A stretch of DNA of 64,000 nt from an uncultured Gammaproteobacteria bacterium (GCA_963807625.1 CAWECN010000012.1:259583-323582), one strand, 5' to 3'. Shown: positions 40,749 to 50,506, counted from the stretch's first letter. Made by a program: numbers and translations. The notes: generated by a model from the sequence alone, not told the origin.

Positions 40749-42063
40749 ATATAACACGATGAACTCCAGCTCCATAACTCCTAGTCTAAAGCGTGAGCTT
40801 GCTTCATTAGCAGTATGGATTTTTTTCATGCTGGTGGTCGGTACGATTACTGACTCGGTGTTTGCATTCCTGTTTATAGCTTTAGCCGTCTATGTAGTTT
40901 GGCATCTATATAATCTGAACAAGTTATACAGGTGGTTAGTCAACCCATCCAAAAAAACACCCGAAGTATTCGGTATCTGGGATGACGTATATTACCAGCT
41001 GTATCACCTGTTCAAACGACAGCGCAAAGCCCGACGTAGACTGACATCCATACTCAATCGATTCCAGAAGTCCACACAGGCATTGCCCTATGCAACGATC
41101 GTTCTTAATGAAGCAAATGAAATAGAGTGGTTTAATCCCGCAGCCAGCCAGATGTTCAATTTACATTCAGGCATCGACGTTGGGCAGCGTATCGACAACC
41201 TGATCCGTCAACCCAGGTTCGTTAGTTACCTGATAAAAAAAGACTTTGTAAAACCGCTTAAATTCCTGAACAACCACAAAAAAATCATTTTGAGTATCAC
41301 TCCTTATGGCAGCGGACAGTTTCTGATCAGCGCACGTGATATCACCTCACTGAGCCAGCTCGATGATATGCGACGCGATTTCATCTCGAATGCATCACAC
41401 GAATTACGCACACCACTCACGGTCATGTCCGGTTACATCGAATTTTTACAGCATAATGCCGATGACAAGATCAAAGCTCCGCTAGAAAAGATACAGCAGC
41501 AGACCGTGAGGATGAACCAGATCATCACTGAACTGATCGACCTGGCAAAACTTGAATCAGCCGCCGCTGTCGATTACACGAATATGATTGATATAAAAGC
41601 GCTGTTAAACGATATATATAACGAAGCGATAGCGCTCGATCAGGACAGGCATCATATTGAATTAGTTATCGAGTCCGAAACACCGGTTAATGTTCCAGCA
41701 TATAATTTGTATGGAAGTTATGAAGAATTACGCATGGCTTTTTCAAACCTGCTGACCAATGCCATCCGTTACACACCCGAAGGTGAAGATATAAAATTAT
41801 TTTCCAGTGCACACGACACAGGCATCTCCGTCGGTGTAAAGGATAGTGGTGTTGGCATCAATTATGAACACATTCCCAGGCTGACTGAGCGTTTTTATCG
41901 CGTCGATGAAGGCCGTTCCAGGGAACAGGGCGGCACCGGCCTGGGGCTTGCGATCGTAAAGCATGTACTCGATCGCCATAATGCATCTCTGCATATCCTG
42001 AGTGAGCCGGGTAAAGGCAGTACTTTCTGCTGTGAATTTCCGCTGTCTCATATCGAGCAATAA
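40741..42063 (+). CDS. phoR: Phosphate regulon sensor histidine kinase PhoR
   Basis: TM helices, a PAS-like region and an H-box (ISNASHELRTPLT), with N, G1 and G2 boxes (GGTGLGLAIV). It overlaps the phoB stop. Confidence 0.8.
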   Translation: MAKYNTMNSSSITPSLKRELASLAVWIFFMLVVGTITDSVFAFLFIALAVYVVWHLYNLNKLYRWLVNPSKKTPEVFGIWDDVYYQLYHLFKRQRKARRRLTSILNRFQKSTQALPYATIVLNEANEIEWFNPAASQMFNLHSGIDVGQRIDNLIRQPRFVSYLIKKDFVKPLKFLNNHKKIILSITPYGSGQFLISARDITSLSQLDDMRRDFISNASHELRTPLTVMSGYIEFLQHNADDKIKAPLEKIQQQTVRMNQIITELIDLAKLESAAAVDYTNMIDIKALLNDIYNEAIALDQDRHHIELVIESETPVNVPAYNLYGSYEELRMAFSNLLTNAIRYTPEGEDIKLFSSAHDTGISVGVKDSGVGINYEHIPRLTERFYRVDEGRSREQGGTGLGLAIVKHVLDRHNASLHILSEPGKGSTFCCEFPLSHIEQ

Positions 42064-42116
42064 GAACACTTCATCGATCTTAAATTAAATGACTTTGCTC
42101 TCTACCTGGGAGACAG

Positions 42117-42145
42117 CTGTAACAAAATTGTAACAACTCTGTCAT
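42117..42145 (+). promoter_or_regulatory. Pho box upstream of pstS
   Basis: CTGTAAC-AAAA-TTGTAAC-AACT-CTGTCAT. Three 7-bp repeats with 4-bp spacers, about 60 bp upstream of the pstS ATG. Confidence 0.7.
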
Positions 42146-42205
42146 TTCGCCTTCATATTTAACGCACAAAATATTCACACTTAATTAATCTGGAGTTATA
42201 AAGTA

Positions 42206-43195
42206 ATGAAACGCAACAAAGTCACATCCGTAATCAATGCGGCATTAACAGGCACTATTCTAAGCATCGGCTTATTGACTGCCGGCAGCGCAACTGCCGT
42301 GTCGGTGGATGAAGGTGTTCCTGAATATAAAGCTATCAGCGGCATTTCTGGTAACCTGTCTAGCGTAGGTTCCGACACACTGGCCAACCTTATGACTTTA
42401 TGGGCGGAAACATTCAAGCGCTCATACCCTAACGTAAACATTCAGATTCAGGCTGCCGGATCGTCAACTGCGCCACCTGCACTGACTGAAGCAACATCAA
42501 ACTTTGGCCCGATGAGTCGTAAGATGAAATCGAAAGAGATCGCTGCATTCGAAGATCGCTACGGTTACAAACCAACAGCTATTCCAGTCGCTATCGACGC
42601 CTTGGCCGTCTACGTAAACAAGGACAACCCTGTCAAAGGCATGGCCATCCCAGACGTTGACGCTGTATTCTCTTCGACCAGAAAGTGTGGCGGTGACAAA
42701 GACATCACAAAATGGGGCGACCTGGGATTGACTGGCAACTGGAAGAACCGCGACATCCAGATCTATGGCCGTAACTCGGTATCTGGTACTTATGGATACT
42801 TCAAGAAAAAAGCACTGTGTAAAGGCGACTATAAGAACAACGTAAACGAACAGCCTGGCTCTGCTTCTGTCGTACAATCTGTATCAAGCTCGATGAACGG
42901 AATCGGTTACTCAGGTATCGGTTATAAAACGTCTGGTGTACGTGCCGTACCCCTTACCAAGAAAGCAGGTGGAGAGTTTATCGATGCGACTCCAGATAAT
43001 GCGGTATCTGGTAAGTATCCGCTGTCTCGTTTCCTGTATGTTTATGTAAACAAAAAACCAAATGCAGAACTGGCCCCACTGGACAAAGAGTTCATCAAGT
43101 TGATTCTTTCAAAACAGGGTCAGGAAGTGGTAATCAAGGATGGTTATATCCCTCTACCAGCTAACGTGGTTGAGAAATATTTAAATCAGATCTAA
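42206..43195 (+). CDS. pstS: Phosphate ABC transporter substrate-binding protein PstS
   Basis: Signal peptide. PstS-family periplasmic binding fold of 329 aa. A Pho box and the adjacent pst/pho genes support the call. Confidence 0.8.
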   Translation: MKRNKVTSVINAALTGTILSIGLLTAGSATAVSVDEGVPEYKAISGISGNLSSVGSDTLANLMTLWAETFKRSYPNVNIQIQAAGSSTAPPALTEATSNFGPMSRKMKSKEIAAFEDRYGYKPTAIPVAIDALAVYVNKDNPVKGMAIPDVDAVFSSTRKCGGDKDITKWGDLGLTGNWKNRDIQIYGRNSVSGTYGYFKKKALCKGDYKNNVNEQPGSASVVQSVSSSMNGIGYSGIGYKTSGVRAVPLTKKAGGEFIDATPDNAVSGKYPLSRFLYVYVNKKPNAELAPLDKEFIKLILSKQGQEVVIKDGYIPLPANVVEKYLNQI

Positions 43196-43213
43196 ATATT
43201 TGACTTCATCCAT

Positions 43214-43244
43214 AAAAAAAGCCGGGATTACCCGGCTTTTTTTT
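43214..43244. terminator. Bidirectional rho-independent terminator (pstS / sgp-like paralog 2)
   Basis: AAAAAAGCCGGG-ATTA-CCCGGCTTTTTTTT. Confidence 0.8.
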
Positions 43245-43267
43245 GGACCATCATTAAGTAACGTAGA

Positions 43268-43684
43268 TTACTGGGCTGGAGCCGCTGGCGCAGCTGGAGC
43301 TGGTGCAGGTGGTGGAGCATAGTAACCAGGACCCGGACCATAGGCACGGCCATAATATGGGCGGTTGTAATAACCATTATAGCTGTCATAACGGTTGTCC
43401 CAACGATTATCCCAACTGTTGTCCCAGCGGTTATTGCCGTAATACTCGTTGCGTGCATTACCACGACCGCTGCCGCGCGCATTACCGCTCATGCCAAAGT
43501 TAAAACTACCGTCGACATCACCAGAACCGTCGCCATAACCGTCGCCATAGCCGTAACCGTCATTACGCATGTCATTGCGCCAGTCGTTACGCCAGTCATT
43601 GTTCCAGTTGTTGTCATCCCACGCATTCGCTGATGCTGATACGACTAACAATGCAGCTGTTGCTGCTGTAAGTAAAAGTTTCAT
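43268..43684 (-). CDS. Secreted Gly/Tyr/Asn/Trp/Asp-rich repeat protein, putative sulfur globule protein (Sgp-like), paralog 2
   Basis: Signal peptide MKLLLTAATAALLVVSASANA. Repeats WDNNW / WRNDWRND / YGYGDGYGDG / NRWDNSWDNRWDNRYD and a Pro/Ala-rich tail. An AGGAGGG RBS precedes the ATG. Confidence 0.5.
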   Translation of the reverse strand: MKLLLTAATAALLVVSASANAWDDNNWNNDWRNDWRNDMRNDGYGYGDGYGDGSGDVDGSFNFGMSGNARGSGRGNARNEYYGNNRWDNSWDNRWDNRYDSYNGYYNRPYYGRAYGPGPGYYAPPPAPAPAAPAAPAQ

Positions 43685-44093
43685 AATTCATCCCTCCTTC
43701 AGGATATATTTTCACATTTAACGCAGTTCTCACCACTCGGTAATAATACTGCTAATTCTCGATAAAATACAAACTTCATCTGTAATGTTACAAAATATCC
43801 CTACTAACACATTGATATAAATCAATAAACAACAAACCAGTCCCTTTATGAGAAACGCCTGTATGGGCTAGATAAAAATCCTGAATCTACCCCTATCGAC
43901 TGACTACGAAAACCTTGCACTTTGAGGTAGAATACGCGCGCATTTTGGTGGTTGATGATAATCGTTGTCATAAACGCGGCAATCCTCTTCAACGTTTTAT
44001 AAACGCGAAACGCCACGAAATAACAGATTTTTAATACAGAGCTGGTCATGCCTTGATTAAGGCCAGCATGATAATAACTACTGGAGAAAATAC

Positions 44094-45284
44094 ATGATTA
44101 AACCTCATGGTTCAGACGAACTAAATCCACTGTTCGTATACGATCCCGCTGCAAACGAAGCATTACAAAAAGAAGCTGAAGGCCTGGCTTCTATCCTTGT
44201 AAGTTCTGCTACAGCCGCTAACGCAGTCATGCTGGGTGCCGGTTACTTCAACCCGCTGACGGGTTACATGAATAAAGCTGATGCATTATCAGTTGCAACA
44301 GACCTGAAAACTACATCTGGCCTGTTCTGGCCTACTCCAGTGTTAAACCTGGTAAAAGATGCGGGTGGCATCAAAACCGGTGATCGTATCGCGCTTAAAG
44401 ATCCAAACGTTGAAGGTAACCCTGTTATCGCAGTCATGGATGTTGAAGCAGTCGAAGAATTTTCCGACGACGACATCAAGTTGATCACCGAGAAAGTCTA
44501 TGCGCCTGCAGCTGGTGAAGACCACCCGGGTGTTGACGCTTTTGTTGAGCAGGGTAAAGTATGCCTGTCAGGCCCTATCCAGGTACTGAACTTCTCTTAC
44601 TTCCAGACTGAATTCCCTGATACTTTCCGTACTGCTGTTGAGATCCGCAACGAGATCGCAGAACGCGGCTGGAAAAAAGTTGTTGCCTTCCAGACCCGTA
44701 ACCCGATGCACCTCGCACACGAAGAACTTTGCCACATGGCGATGGATCGTTTAGGTTGTGATGGCCTGGTCATCCACATGCTGTTAGGCAAACTGAAACC
44801 AGGTGATATCCCTGCGCCTGTTCGTGATGCTGCTATCCGTAAGATGGTTGAACTGTACTTCCCTGCTAACAGCGCAATGGTTACCGGTTACGGTTTCGAT
44901 ATGCTGTACGCTGGACCACGTGAAGGTGTATTACACGCTGTGTTCCGTCAGAACATGGGGGCGACTCACTTCATCATCGGTCGTGACCATGCTGGCGTTG
45001 GTGATCACTACGGTGCGTTTGATGCACAAACAATATTTGATGACAAGGTACCAGCCGGTGCATTGGAGATCGAGATATTCAAAGCCGACCACACCGCCTA
45101 CTCTAAGAAATTAGACAAAGTTGTAATGATGTGTGAAGCACCAGATCATGAGAAAGAAGATTTCGTTCTTCTTTCAGGTACTAAAGTTCGCGAGATGTTA
45201 GGTAACGGTATCGCACCACCTAAAGAATTCTCACGTCCCGAAGTTGCTCAGATCCTGATGGATTACTACTCAAGCCTAAAATAA
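44094..45284 (+). CDS. sat: Sulfate adenylyltransferase (dissimilatory-type ATP sulfurylase)
   Basis: QTRNPMHLAHEEL, GRDHAG and HxxH-like motifs of homo-oligomeric ATP sulfurylase. 396 aa. Confidence 0.9.
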   Translation: MIKPHGSDELNPLFVYDPAANEALQKEAEGLASILVSSATAANAVMLGAGYFNPLTGYMNKADALSVATDLKTTSGLFWPTPVLNLVKDAGGIKTGDRIALKDPNVEGNPVIAVMDVEAVEEFSDDDIKLITEKVYAPAAGEDHPGVDAFVEQGKVCLSGPIQVLNFSYFQTEFPDTFRTAVEIRNEIAERGWKKVVAFQTRNPMHLAHEELCHMAMDRLGCDGLVIHMLLGKLKPGDIPAPVRDAAIRKMVELYFPANSAMVTGYGFDMLYAGPREGVLHAVFRQNMGATHFIIGRDHAGVGDHYGAFDAQTIFDDKVPAGALEIEIFKADHTAYSKKLDKVVMMCEAPDHEKEDFVLLSGTKVREMLGNGIAPPKEFSRPEVAQILMDYYSSLK

Positions 45285-45307
45285 AAATCGTTATTGATTT
45301 TTTATGA

Positions 45308-45339
45308 AAAACGGCGCTATTTATTAGCGCCGTTTTTTT
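45308..45339 (+). terminator. Rho-independent terminator after sat
   Basis: AAAACGGCGCTA-TTTA-TTAGCGCCGTTTTTTT. Confidence 0.8.
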
Positions 45340-45366
45340 GTTACAAAAAAAAGATTAAAAGTCTTT

Positions 45367-45469
45367 CACCGCCGAGGCGCGGAGACGCAGAGTTAAGTAT
45401 TGTTAAAAACGCCGGAAGCACTTATGATGATAATAAAATAATTATTCTCTGCGTCTCTGCGGTTCAATC
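45367..45469. repeat. Palindromic repeat element (MITE/REP-like), copy 1, degenerate
   Basis: Left arm CCGCCGAGGCGCGGAGACGCAGAG and right arm CTCTGCGTCTC(Δ8)TGCGGTTCAA. Same family as copy 2 at 46413..46511. Confidence 0.7.
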
Positions 45470-45495
45470 TTATTAGTTTTGAATCTTTTTCGCTT

Positions 45496-46401
45496 TTAAT
45501 CAATCCAGTACTCAACTTCCTGCAACTTCAAAAACTCTTCTGCCCTGCTACCCTGCAACATGGCAAGTGTCGACATCATACCGGCTTCTATACAGGTCGG
45601 CGCTGCGACACTCACCGTGTGCGGCGCATCGCTAACAGACCAGCCGGTTAGCGGATTTAAAATGTGACTATAACGAACACCATCTTTTAGCAGGTAACGA
45701 TGAGCATCACCGCTGGTTGCGATCGCACCGCTGTATAACTGAAACAGACCATAAGCTTTGTCGGAACCTGTGATAAGACGGCCGACCGACCAGAATTTTT
45801 TATCTTTACGCGGCGTCGTCACCGAGAGGTCTCCGCCGAAATTTACCAGTACACTGTCACCTGTTTTTTGCATCGCAACCTGAACACAGCGATCGACTGC
45901 GTATTCTTTGCCAATGCCGCCGAGATCAATCTCCATACCCCCTGGCAAGGTTACGCTACCCTGTTGGCGTATGACTTTCTGCCAACCGATTTTTTTTAAT
46001 ATTTTTTTTACGTCCTTTTTTTCAGGCAGGTTATCACTGCCATCAAACGTCCAGACCTGTCGTAACACACCTGAGGTAACATCAAACAGACCTTCACTTA
46101 TTTCGAATAGTTCGTTAGAAAAATCCAGTAACCGTGATGTCTCATCATCGACGGGAACAGCTTCATCATCTGAATGGTTTATCGCATAGATGATATTGTC
46201 TTTTTTATAACGGCTAAACTTGTCTTCGATGCGCCATGCTTCGTTAGCGACAGCGTTCAGGATATCCTCCGCCATTGACTGATCTTCGACGTCCATAAGC
46301 ACATCACATGGGCAGGCCATCGCCATGAATGTGCCTTTCCAGAAATCAGTTTCTTTTTTAAGTTCTGTTTTTCGCATATTTAAGATAAAAGCTAACTTCA
46401 A
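45496..46401 (-). CDS. apbE: FAD:protein FMN transferase (ApbE family)
   Basis: DLGGIGKEYAVDRC, GAIATSGD and HILNPLTGW motifs of ApbE/Ftp. The true start is probably internal. Confidence 0.8.
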   Translation of the reverse strand: MKLAFILNMRKTELKKETDFWKGTFMAMACPCDVLMDVEDQSMAEDILNAVANEAWRIEDKFSRYKKDNIIYAINHSDDEAVPVDDETSRLLDFSNELFEISEGLFDVTSGVLRQVWTFDGSDNLPEKKDVKKILKKIGWQKVIRQQGSVTLPGGMEIDLGGIGKEYAVDRCVQVAMQKTGDSVLVNFGGDLSVTTPRKDKKFWSVGRLITGSDKAYGLFQLYSGAIATSGDAHRYLLKDGVRYSHILNPLTGWSVSDAPHTVSVAAPTCIEAGMMSTLAMLQGSRAEEFLKLQEVEYWID

Positions 46402-46412
46402 AAAATAATTTA

Positions 46413-46511
46413 CCGCAGAGGCGCGGAGACGCAGAGAATATACTTTTTTTCTTTACTGCGCCGCAGGCGCAACAAACAATATTAAAACTCTGCGTCTCCG
46501 CGCCTCTGCGG
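46413..46511. repeat. Palindromic repeat element (MITE/REP-like), copy 2, intact 24-bp TIRs
   Basis: CCGCAGAGGCGCGGAGACGCAGAG at 46413–46436 is the perfect reverse complement of CTCTGCGTCTCCGCGCCTCTGCGG at 46488–46511. Confidence 0.75.
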
Positions 46512-46522
46512 TTCAAGCTTTT

Positions 46523-47170
46523 TTATTTTAGCCTGGGAACAAACGCCACTTCATCTCCGTGCTCGATGAGTGTAAATGGCTCGGAGAACTGCTTATTTAC
46601 CGTTACCTGCAGGCGATTATCTGTAAACGGCTCCTGCCAGCGATCGCCACGTTTTCGCATCCATGCCAGCAATGTTTCCACGTTGGTGACAGATTCAGGG
46701 ATGATGACCTCCTCTTCATCCCTGCCGGATACTCTTGCCAGGTCTATAAAATAAAGCAGTTTGATGACGACCTTGCCCTCGGTATCCGTTATCCTGGCAT
46801 CACCACGGCTTAAACCATGTTTATCCAGTCGTTCCAGGTAGCCCTGCCAATTGGCCTCATAGTTCTTTCCTAACTCGTGCAACGTGCTCCATGAAAAGAT
46901 ACCCGTGTCGTGGCCATCATCGAAGGTGATCTTTAATGCGTAGGAGCCCTGGGGATCCAGCATCGATATGTTGACCATCTGTTTGCCATGAACAGGCTTG
47001 TTCATTACTTTGACTTCAGCAGCGGTTGAAAACACGCGTAGATATTCACACGGGAAGTTAAATCGAAAGCCATCGGAAAAGGCGATTTCCAGTAACCGTG
47101 ACTTTTGATGAAGATTGATTTCGGTCGGGCTGACATGAGCATTATCTTGCTCGGTATTGGTTTCTGACAT
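46523..47170 (-). CDS. Fusion of DUF971 (N-terminal) and a MoaD/ThiS-like beta-grasp domain (C-terminal) lacking the terminal Gly-Gly
   Basis: N-terminal LEIAFSDGFRFNFPCEYLRVFS matches DUF971. C-terminal KLLYFIDLARVSG...DRWQEPFTDNRLQVTVNKQFSEPFTLIEHGDEVAFVPRLK aligns with MoaD (...DRWALALEDGKLLAAVNQTLVSFDHPLTDGDEVAFFPPVTGG) but ends PRLK. Confidence 0.6.
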   Translation of the reverse strand: MSETNTEQDNAHVSPTEINLHQKSRLLEIAFSDGFRFNFPCEYLRVFSTAAEVKVMNKPVHGKQMVNISMLDPQGSYALKITFDDGHDTGIFSWSTLHELGKNYEANWQGYLERLDKHGLSRGDARITDTEGKVVIKLLYFIDLARVSGRDEEEVIIPESVTNVETLLAWMRKRGDRWQEPFTDNRLQVTVNKQFSEPFTLIEHGDEVAFVPRLK

Positions 47171-47756
47171 ACTAAAAACTACTTGTACTCTATTTGAGTG
47201 ACTATTCGGGGTAATTAAAACAGCGCTTATTCTACCTTTATTTTGACAGTTACAAGATTAATTCCCGTAAGGATAATGATTCTCACTTAATATTTTATAT
47301 GAGACTTTATAAGCCATTGATTTAACTAGATATAAACAAACGTAATTAGTCATAAATAAAACTTATCGTAACCACAGTATTATTGTTTGGTGTTTCACCT
47401 CTTAGGGTCTATTCTGCACGCCTGCTAAAGACTGCAATAAACACTATTCACTTGTGGGTAATGCTTTCACAGGTGCATTGGGCATACAATATGTGCCCCA
47501 ACTTTAGTGCCTTGGGCTCGTGGTAATGATTTATCGTACCAGAAGGTGTACCGGGGATACTGAAAGAACATTTAGATTAGCAGCCGATTTCAATGCTGCT
47601 GTAACGAATTTTGATTCTTACAGACTGCCATACGACTAGGAATGGCAGCCAGAAAGATGAAAATAAGGTAGTAGATAGAGATGAAATACTGTCTCTTTCA
47701 ATAAAACTATCGCAATTGCAATTGCATAAACTTTAAAACTCTAGGAGTTAATAATA

Positions 47757-48230
47757 ATGCCTACTTTTGTACGTACTGAAAAGTGTGATGGATGTAAAGG
47801 CCAAGACCGTACAGCTTGCATGTACATCTGCCCACACGATCTAATGAAATTAGACAAAGACGGTTCTGAAACAGGACACGCCATGAAGTCTTACAACCAG
47901 GAACCAGAGCAATGCTGGGAATGTTATTCTTGCGTTAAAATCTGTCCTCAGAATGCTATCGAATGTCGTCACTATGCTGACGTTGTACCTTTGGGCGGTT
48001 CTGTACAGCCTTTACGTGGTACTGATTCTATTATGTGGACTATCAAGTTCCGTAACGGAAACATGAAACGCTTCAAATTCCCTATTCGTACTACTGCAGA
48101 AGGTTCTATCGATCCTTATGCTGGTAAACCAGAAGCTGACATGGCGAAGATCTCTGATCCAGGTTTCTTCAACCACATGGAACAGAACGGTTACCGTGCT
48201 GGCGATCCAAGCGAATTAATCAATAAATAA
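47757..48230 (+). CDS. aprB: Adenylylsulfate (APS) reductase beta subunit
   Basis: Two [4Fe-4S] motifs (CDGCKGQDRTACMYICP, CWECYSCVKICP) and the AprB-specific C-terminal tail. 157 aa. Confidence 0.9.
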   Translation: MPTFVRTEKCDGCKGQDRTACMYICPHDLMKLDKDGSETGHAMKSYNQEPEQCWECYSCVKICPQNAIECRHYADVVPLGGSVQPLRGTDSIMWTIKFRNGNMKRFKFPIRTTAEGSIDPYAGKPEADMAKISDPGFFNHMEQNGYRAGDPSELINK

Positions 48231-48247
48231 TATAGAGGTTTAGAAAA

Positions 48248-50233
48248 ATGGCCGAATTTGGTAATCCTGATGTTGTCGAAGAAGAAGTAGACATTCTTCT
48301 TATTGGTGGCGGTATGGCTTGTTGCGGAACAGCGTTCGAAATTCCACGCTGGATCGAAGCTTCAGGCAAAGACATTTCTGTTAAATTAGTTGATAAAGCT
48401 GCTATGGACCGTTCTGGTGCTGTTGCTCAAGGTTTGTCTGCTATTAACACTTACATTGGATCTGAACAAGATCCAGCTGACTATGCTCGTATGGTTTCTA
48501 ACGACCTTATGGGTATTACTCGTGATGACCTTGCGTACGACTTAGGTCGCCACGTAGATGAGTCTGTTCACCTGTTCGAAGAATGGGGTCTGCCTATTTG
48601 GAAAACGGATGAGAATGGCGAGCGTTTTGACGGTTCTAAAGGTATGACATCATTGAAAGATGGTGGTAAGCCTGTACGTTCTGGTAAATGGCAGATCATG
48701 ATCAATGGTGAATCTTACAAATGGATCGTCGCTGAAGCTGCTAAGAAAGCTTTAGGTGTTGATCGTATTGATGAGCGTATCTTCATCGTTAAATTAATCA
48801 ACGACAAAAACGACCCTAGCAAAATTGCTGGTGCTGTTGGTTTCTCTACTCGTGATGACAAGATCGTTGTATACAAAGCTAAGGCAATCCTTCTGGCTGC
48901 TGGTGGTTGTGTAAACATCTTCCGTCCACGTTCTGTTGGTGAAGGTACTGGTCGTGCATGGTACCCAGTATGGAACGCAGGCTCTACATACTCAATGGCT
49001 GCTGAAGCAGGCGCTGAGTTAACACTGATGGAAAATCGTTTCGTACCGACTCGTTTCAAAGACGGTTACGGTCCTGTTGGCGCATGGTTCCTGCTGTTTA
49101 AAGCACAGGCTACTAACGCATACGGCGAAGCTTACATGCAGAAAAACAAAGACATGCTAGACGACTACCCTCCTTACGGTGCGGCTGCTGTCCCTGCTTC
49201 TTGTCTGCGTAACCACTTAATGCTTAAAGAGATGAAAGACGGTAACGGTCCTATCTGGATGGATACTGTAACTGCTCTTGGCAACCTGCGCGAAACTCTG
49301 TCTCCTCGCGAAGTTAAGCATCTGGAAGCTGAAGCATGGGAAGATTTCCTTGACATGTGTGTTGGTCAATGTGGTATCTGGGTTGGTGAGAACATTGAGC
49401 CAGAGAAGAAAAACTCTGAGTTAATGCCTACCGAACCATACCTGTTAGGTTCACACTCTGGTTGTTGTGGTATATGGACTTCTGGTCCTGATGATGTTGG
49501 CGCGCCTACTACTGAGACAGAGCCTGGTGTACCTGATCACCTTCCACAAGGTTGGAACTGGGGCTACCGCGGCATGACTACTGTAAACGGTCTGTTCACA
49601 GCAGGTGACGGTGTTGGTGCTTCTGGCCACAAATTCTCTTCAGGCTCTCATGCTGAAGGTCGTCTGTGTGCCAAGTCTATGGTTAAATATGTACTGGATA
49701 ACGCTGATTACCAGCCTGAATTAGATACTTCCGTTGAAGATCTGGTTGCTGAAATCTACCGTCCAGTTCGCACATTCCTTGAGCATAAAGACTACACAAC
49801 AGCAATCGACGTTAACCCTAACTACATCACTCCTAAGATGCTGCAGTTCCGTCTGCAGAAGATTATGGACGAGTATGTAGCTGGTGTTGCAACTTATTAC
49901 AACACTAACGCCGAAATGATGAAAGTTGCTGGCGAAAAGATCGACATGCTTAAAGAAGACGCTATGAAGATGCGTGCTAAAGACCTTCACGAATTACTTC
50001 GTGCCTGGGAAAATTATCACCGCATAATCACTGCTGAAGCTCATCTGAAACACATCGAGTTCCGTCAGGAATCACGTTACCCAGGTTTCTACTATCGTAC
50101 AGACAAGAACTTTGTCGACGAAGAAAACTGGCATTGTTTCGTGAATTCAATTTACGACAAGAAAACTCAAAAGTTCACATGCTTCAAGCGTGCGCACGTT
50201 GATTTGGTAGACAAGTCTAAACTGTTCAAGTAA
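48248..50233 (+). CDS. aprA: Adenylylsulfate (APS) reductase alpha subunit (FAD flavoprotein)
   Basis: N-terminal FAD fold (DILLIGGGMACCG). AprA-length protein of 661 aa. It lies immediately after aprB. Confidence 0.95.
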   Translation: MAEFGNPDVVEEEVDILLIGGGMACCGTAFEIPRWIEASGKDISVKLVDKAAMDRSGAVAQGLSAINTYIGSEQDPADYARMVSNDLMGITRDDLAYDLGRHVDESVHLFEEWGLPIWKTDENGERFDGSKGMTSLKDGGKPVRSGKWQIMINGESYKWIVAEAAKKALGVDRIDERIFIVKLINDKNDPSKIAGAVGFSTRDDKIVVYKAKAILLAAGGCVNIFRPRSVGEGTGRAWYPVWNAGSTYSMAAEAGAELTLMENRFVPTRFKDGYGPVGAWFLLFKAQATNAYGEAYMQKNKDMLDDYPPYGAAAVPASCLRNHLMLKEMKDGNGPIWMDTVTALGNLRETLSPREVKHLEAEAWEDFLDMCVGQCGIWVGENIEPEKKNSELMPTEPYLLGSHSGCCGIWTSGPDDVGAPTTETEPGVPDHLPQGWNWGYRGMTTVNGLFTAGDGVGASGHKFSSGSHAEGRLCAKSMVKYVLDNADYQPELDTSVEDLVAEIYRPVRTFLEHKDYTTAIDVNPNYITPKMLQFRLQKIMDEYVAGVATYYNTNAEMMKVAGEKIDMLKEDAMKMRAKDLHELLRAWENYHRIITAEAHLKHIEFRQESRYPGFYYRTDKNFVDEENWHCFVNSIYDKKTQKFTCFKRAHVDLVDKSKLFK

Positions 50234-50285
50234 GTCCCAGCCCGGGGCAACCTGGAAAGACTTACTCAACAGTTGAGTTACAGGA

Positions 50286-50317
50286 ATCCGGGCATCATCT
50301 GATGCCCGGATTTTTTC
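50286..50317 (+). terminator. Rho-independent terminator after aprA
   Basis: ATCCGGGCATC-ATCT-GATGCCCGGAT-TTTTTT. Confidence 0.8.
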
Positions 50318-50385
50318 ATTTATAACTAAACATAGTTATAAGTTTTAAATTATAAGTTTGATGTTAAAAAGCTTATAACTTAAAA

Positions 50386-50479
50386 CTTGTAGGCGTGGAA
50401 TCTTTTTCCGCGATCTGCCTCTAAATATCAACGAATTGCGGAACGTCAGTTAGTAACTCTGCTCCGCTCCTACAAAACG
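50386..50479. repeat. Two REP-like elements (core GTAGGAGCGG / GTAGGCGTGG) in inverted orientation
   Basis: CTTGTAGGCGTGGAATCTTTTTCCGCGAT at 50386–50415, and the reverse-complement copy CTCTGCTCCGCTCCTACAAAA at 50457–50477. Confidence 0.6.
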
Positions 50480-50506
50480 ATAGATATATTTAAATTAGGT
50501 AATACT

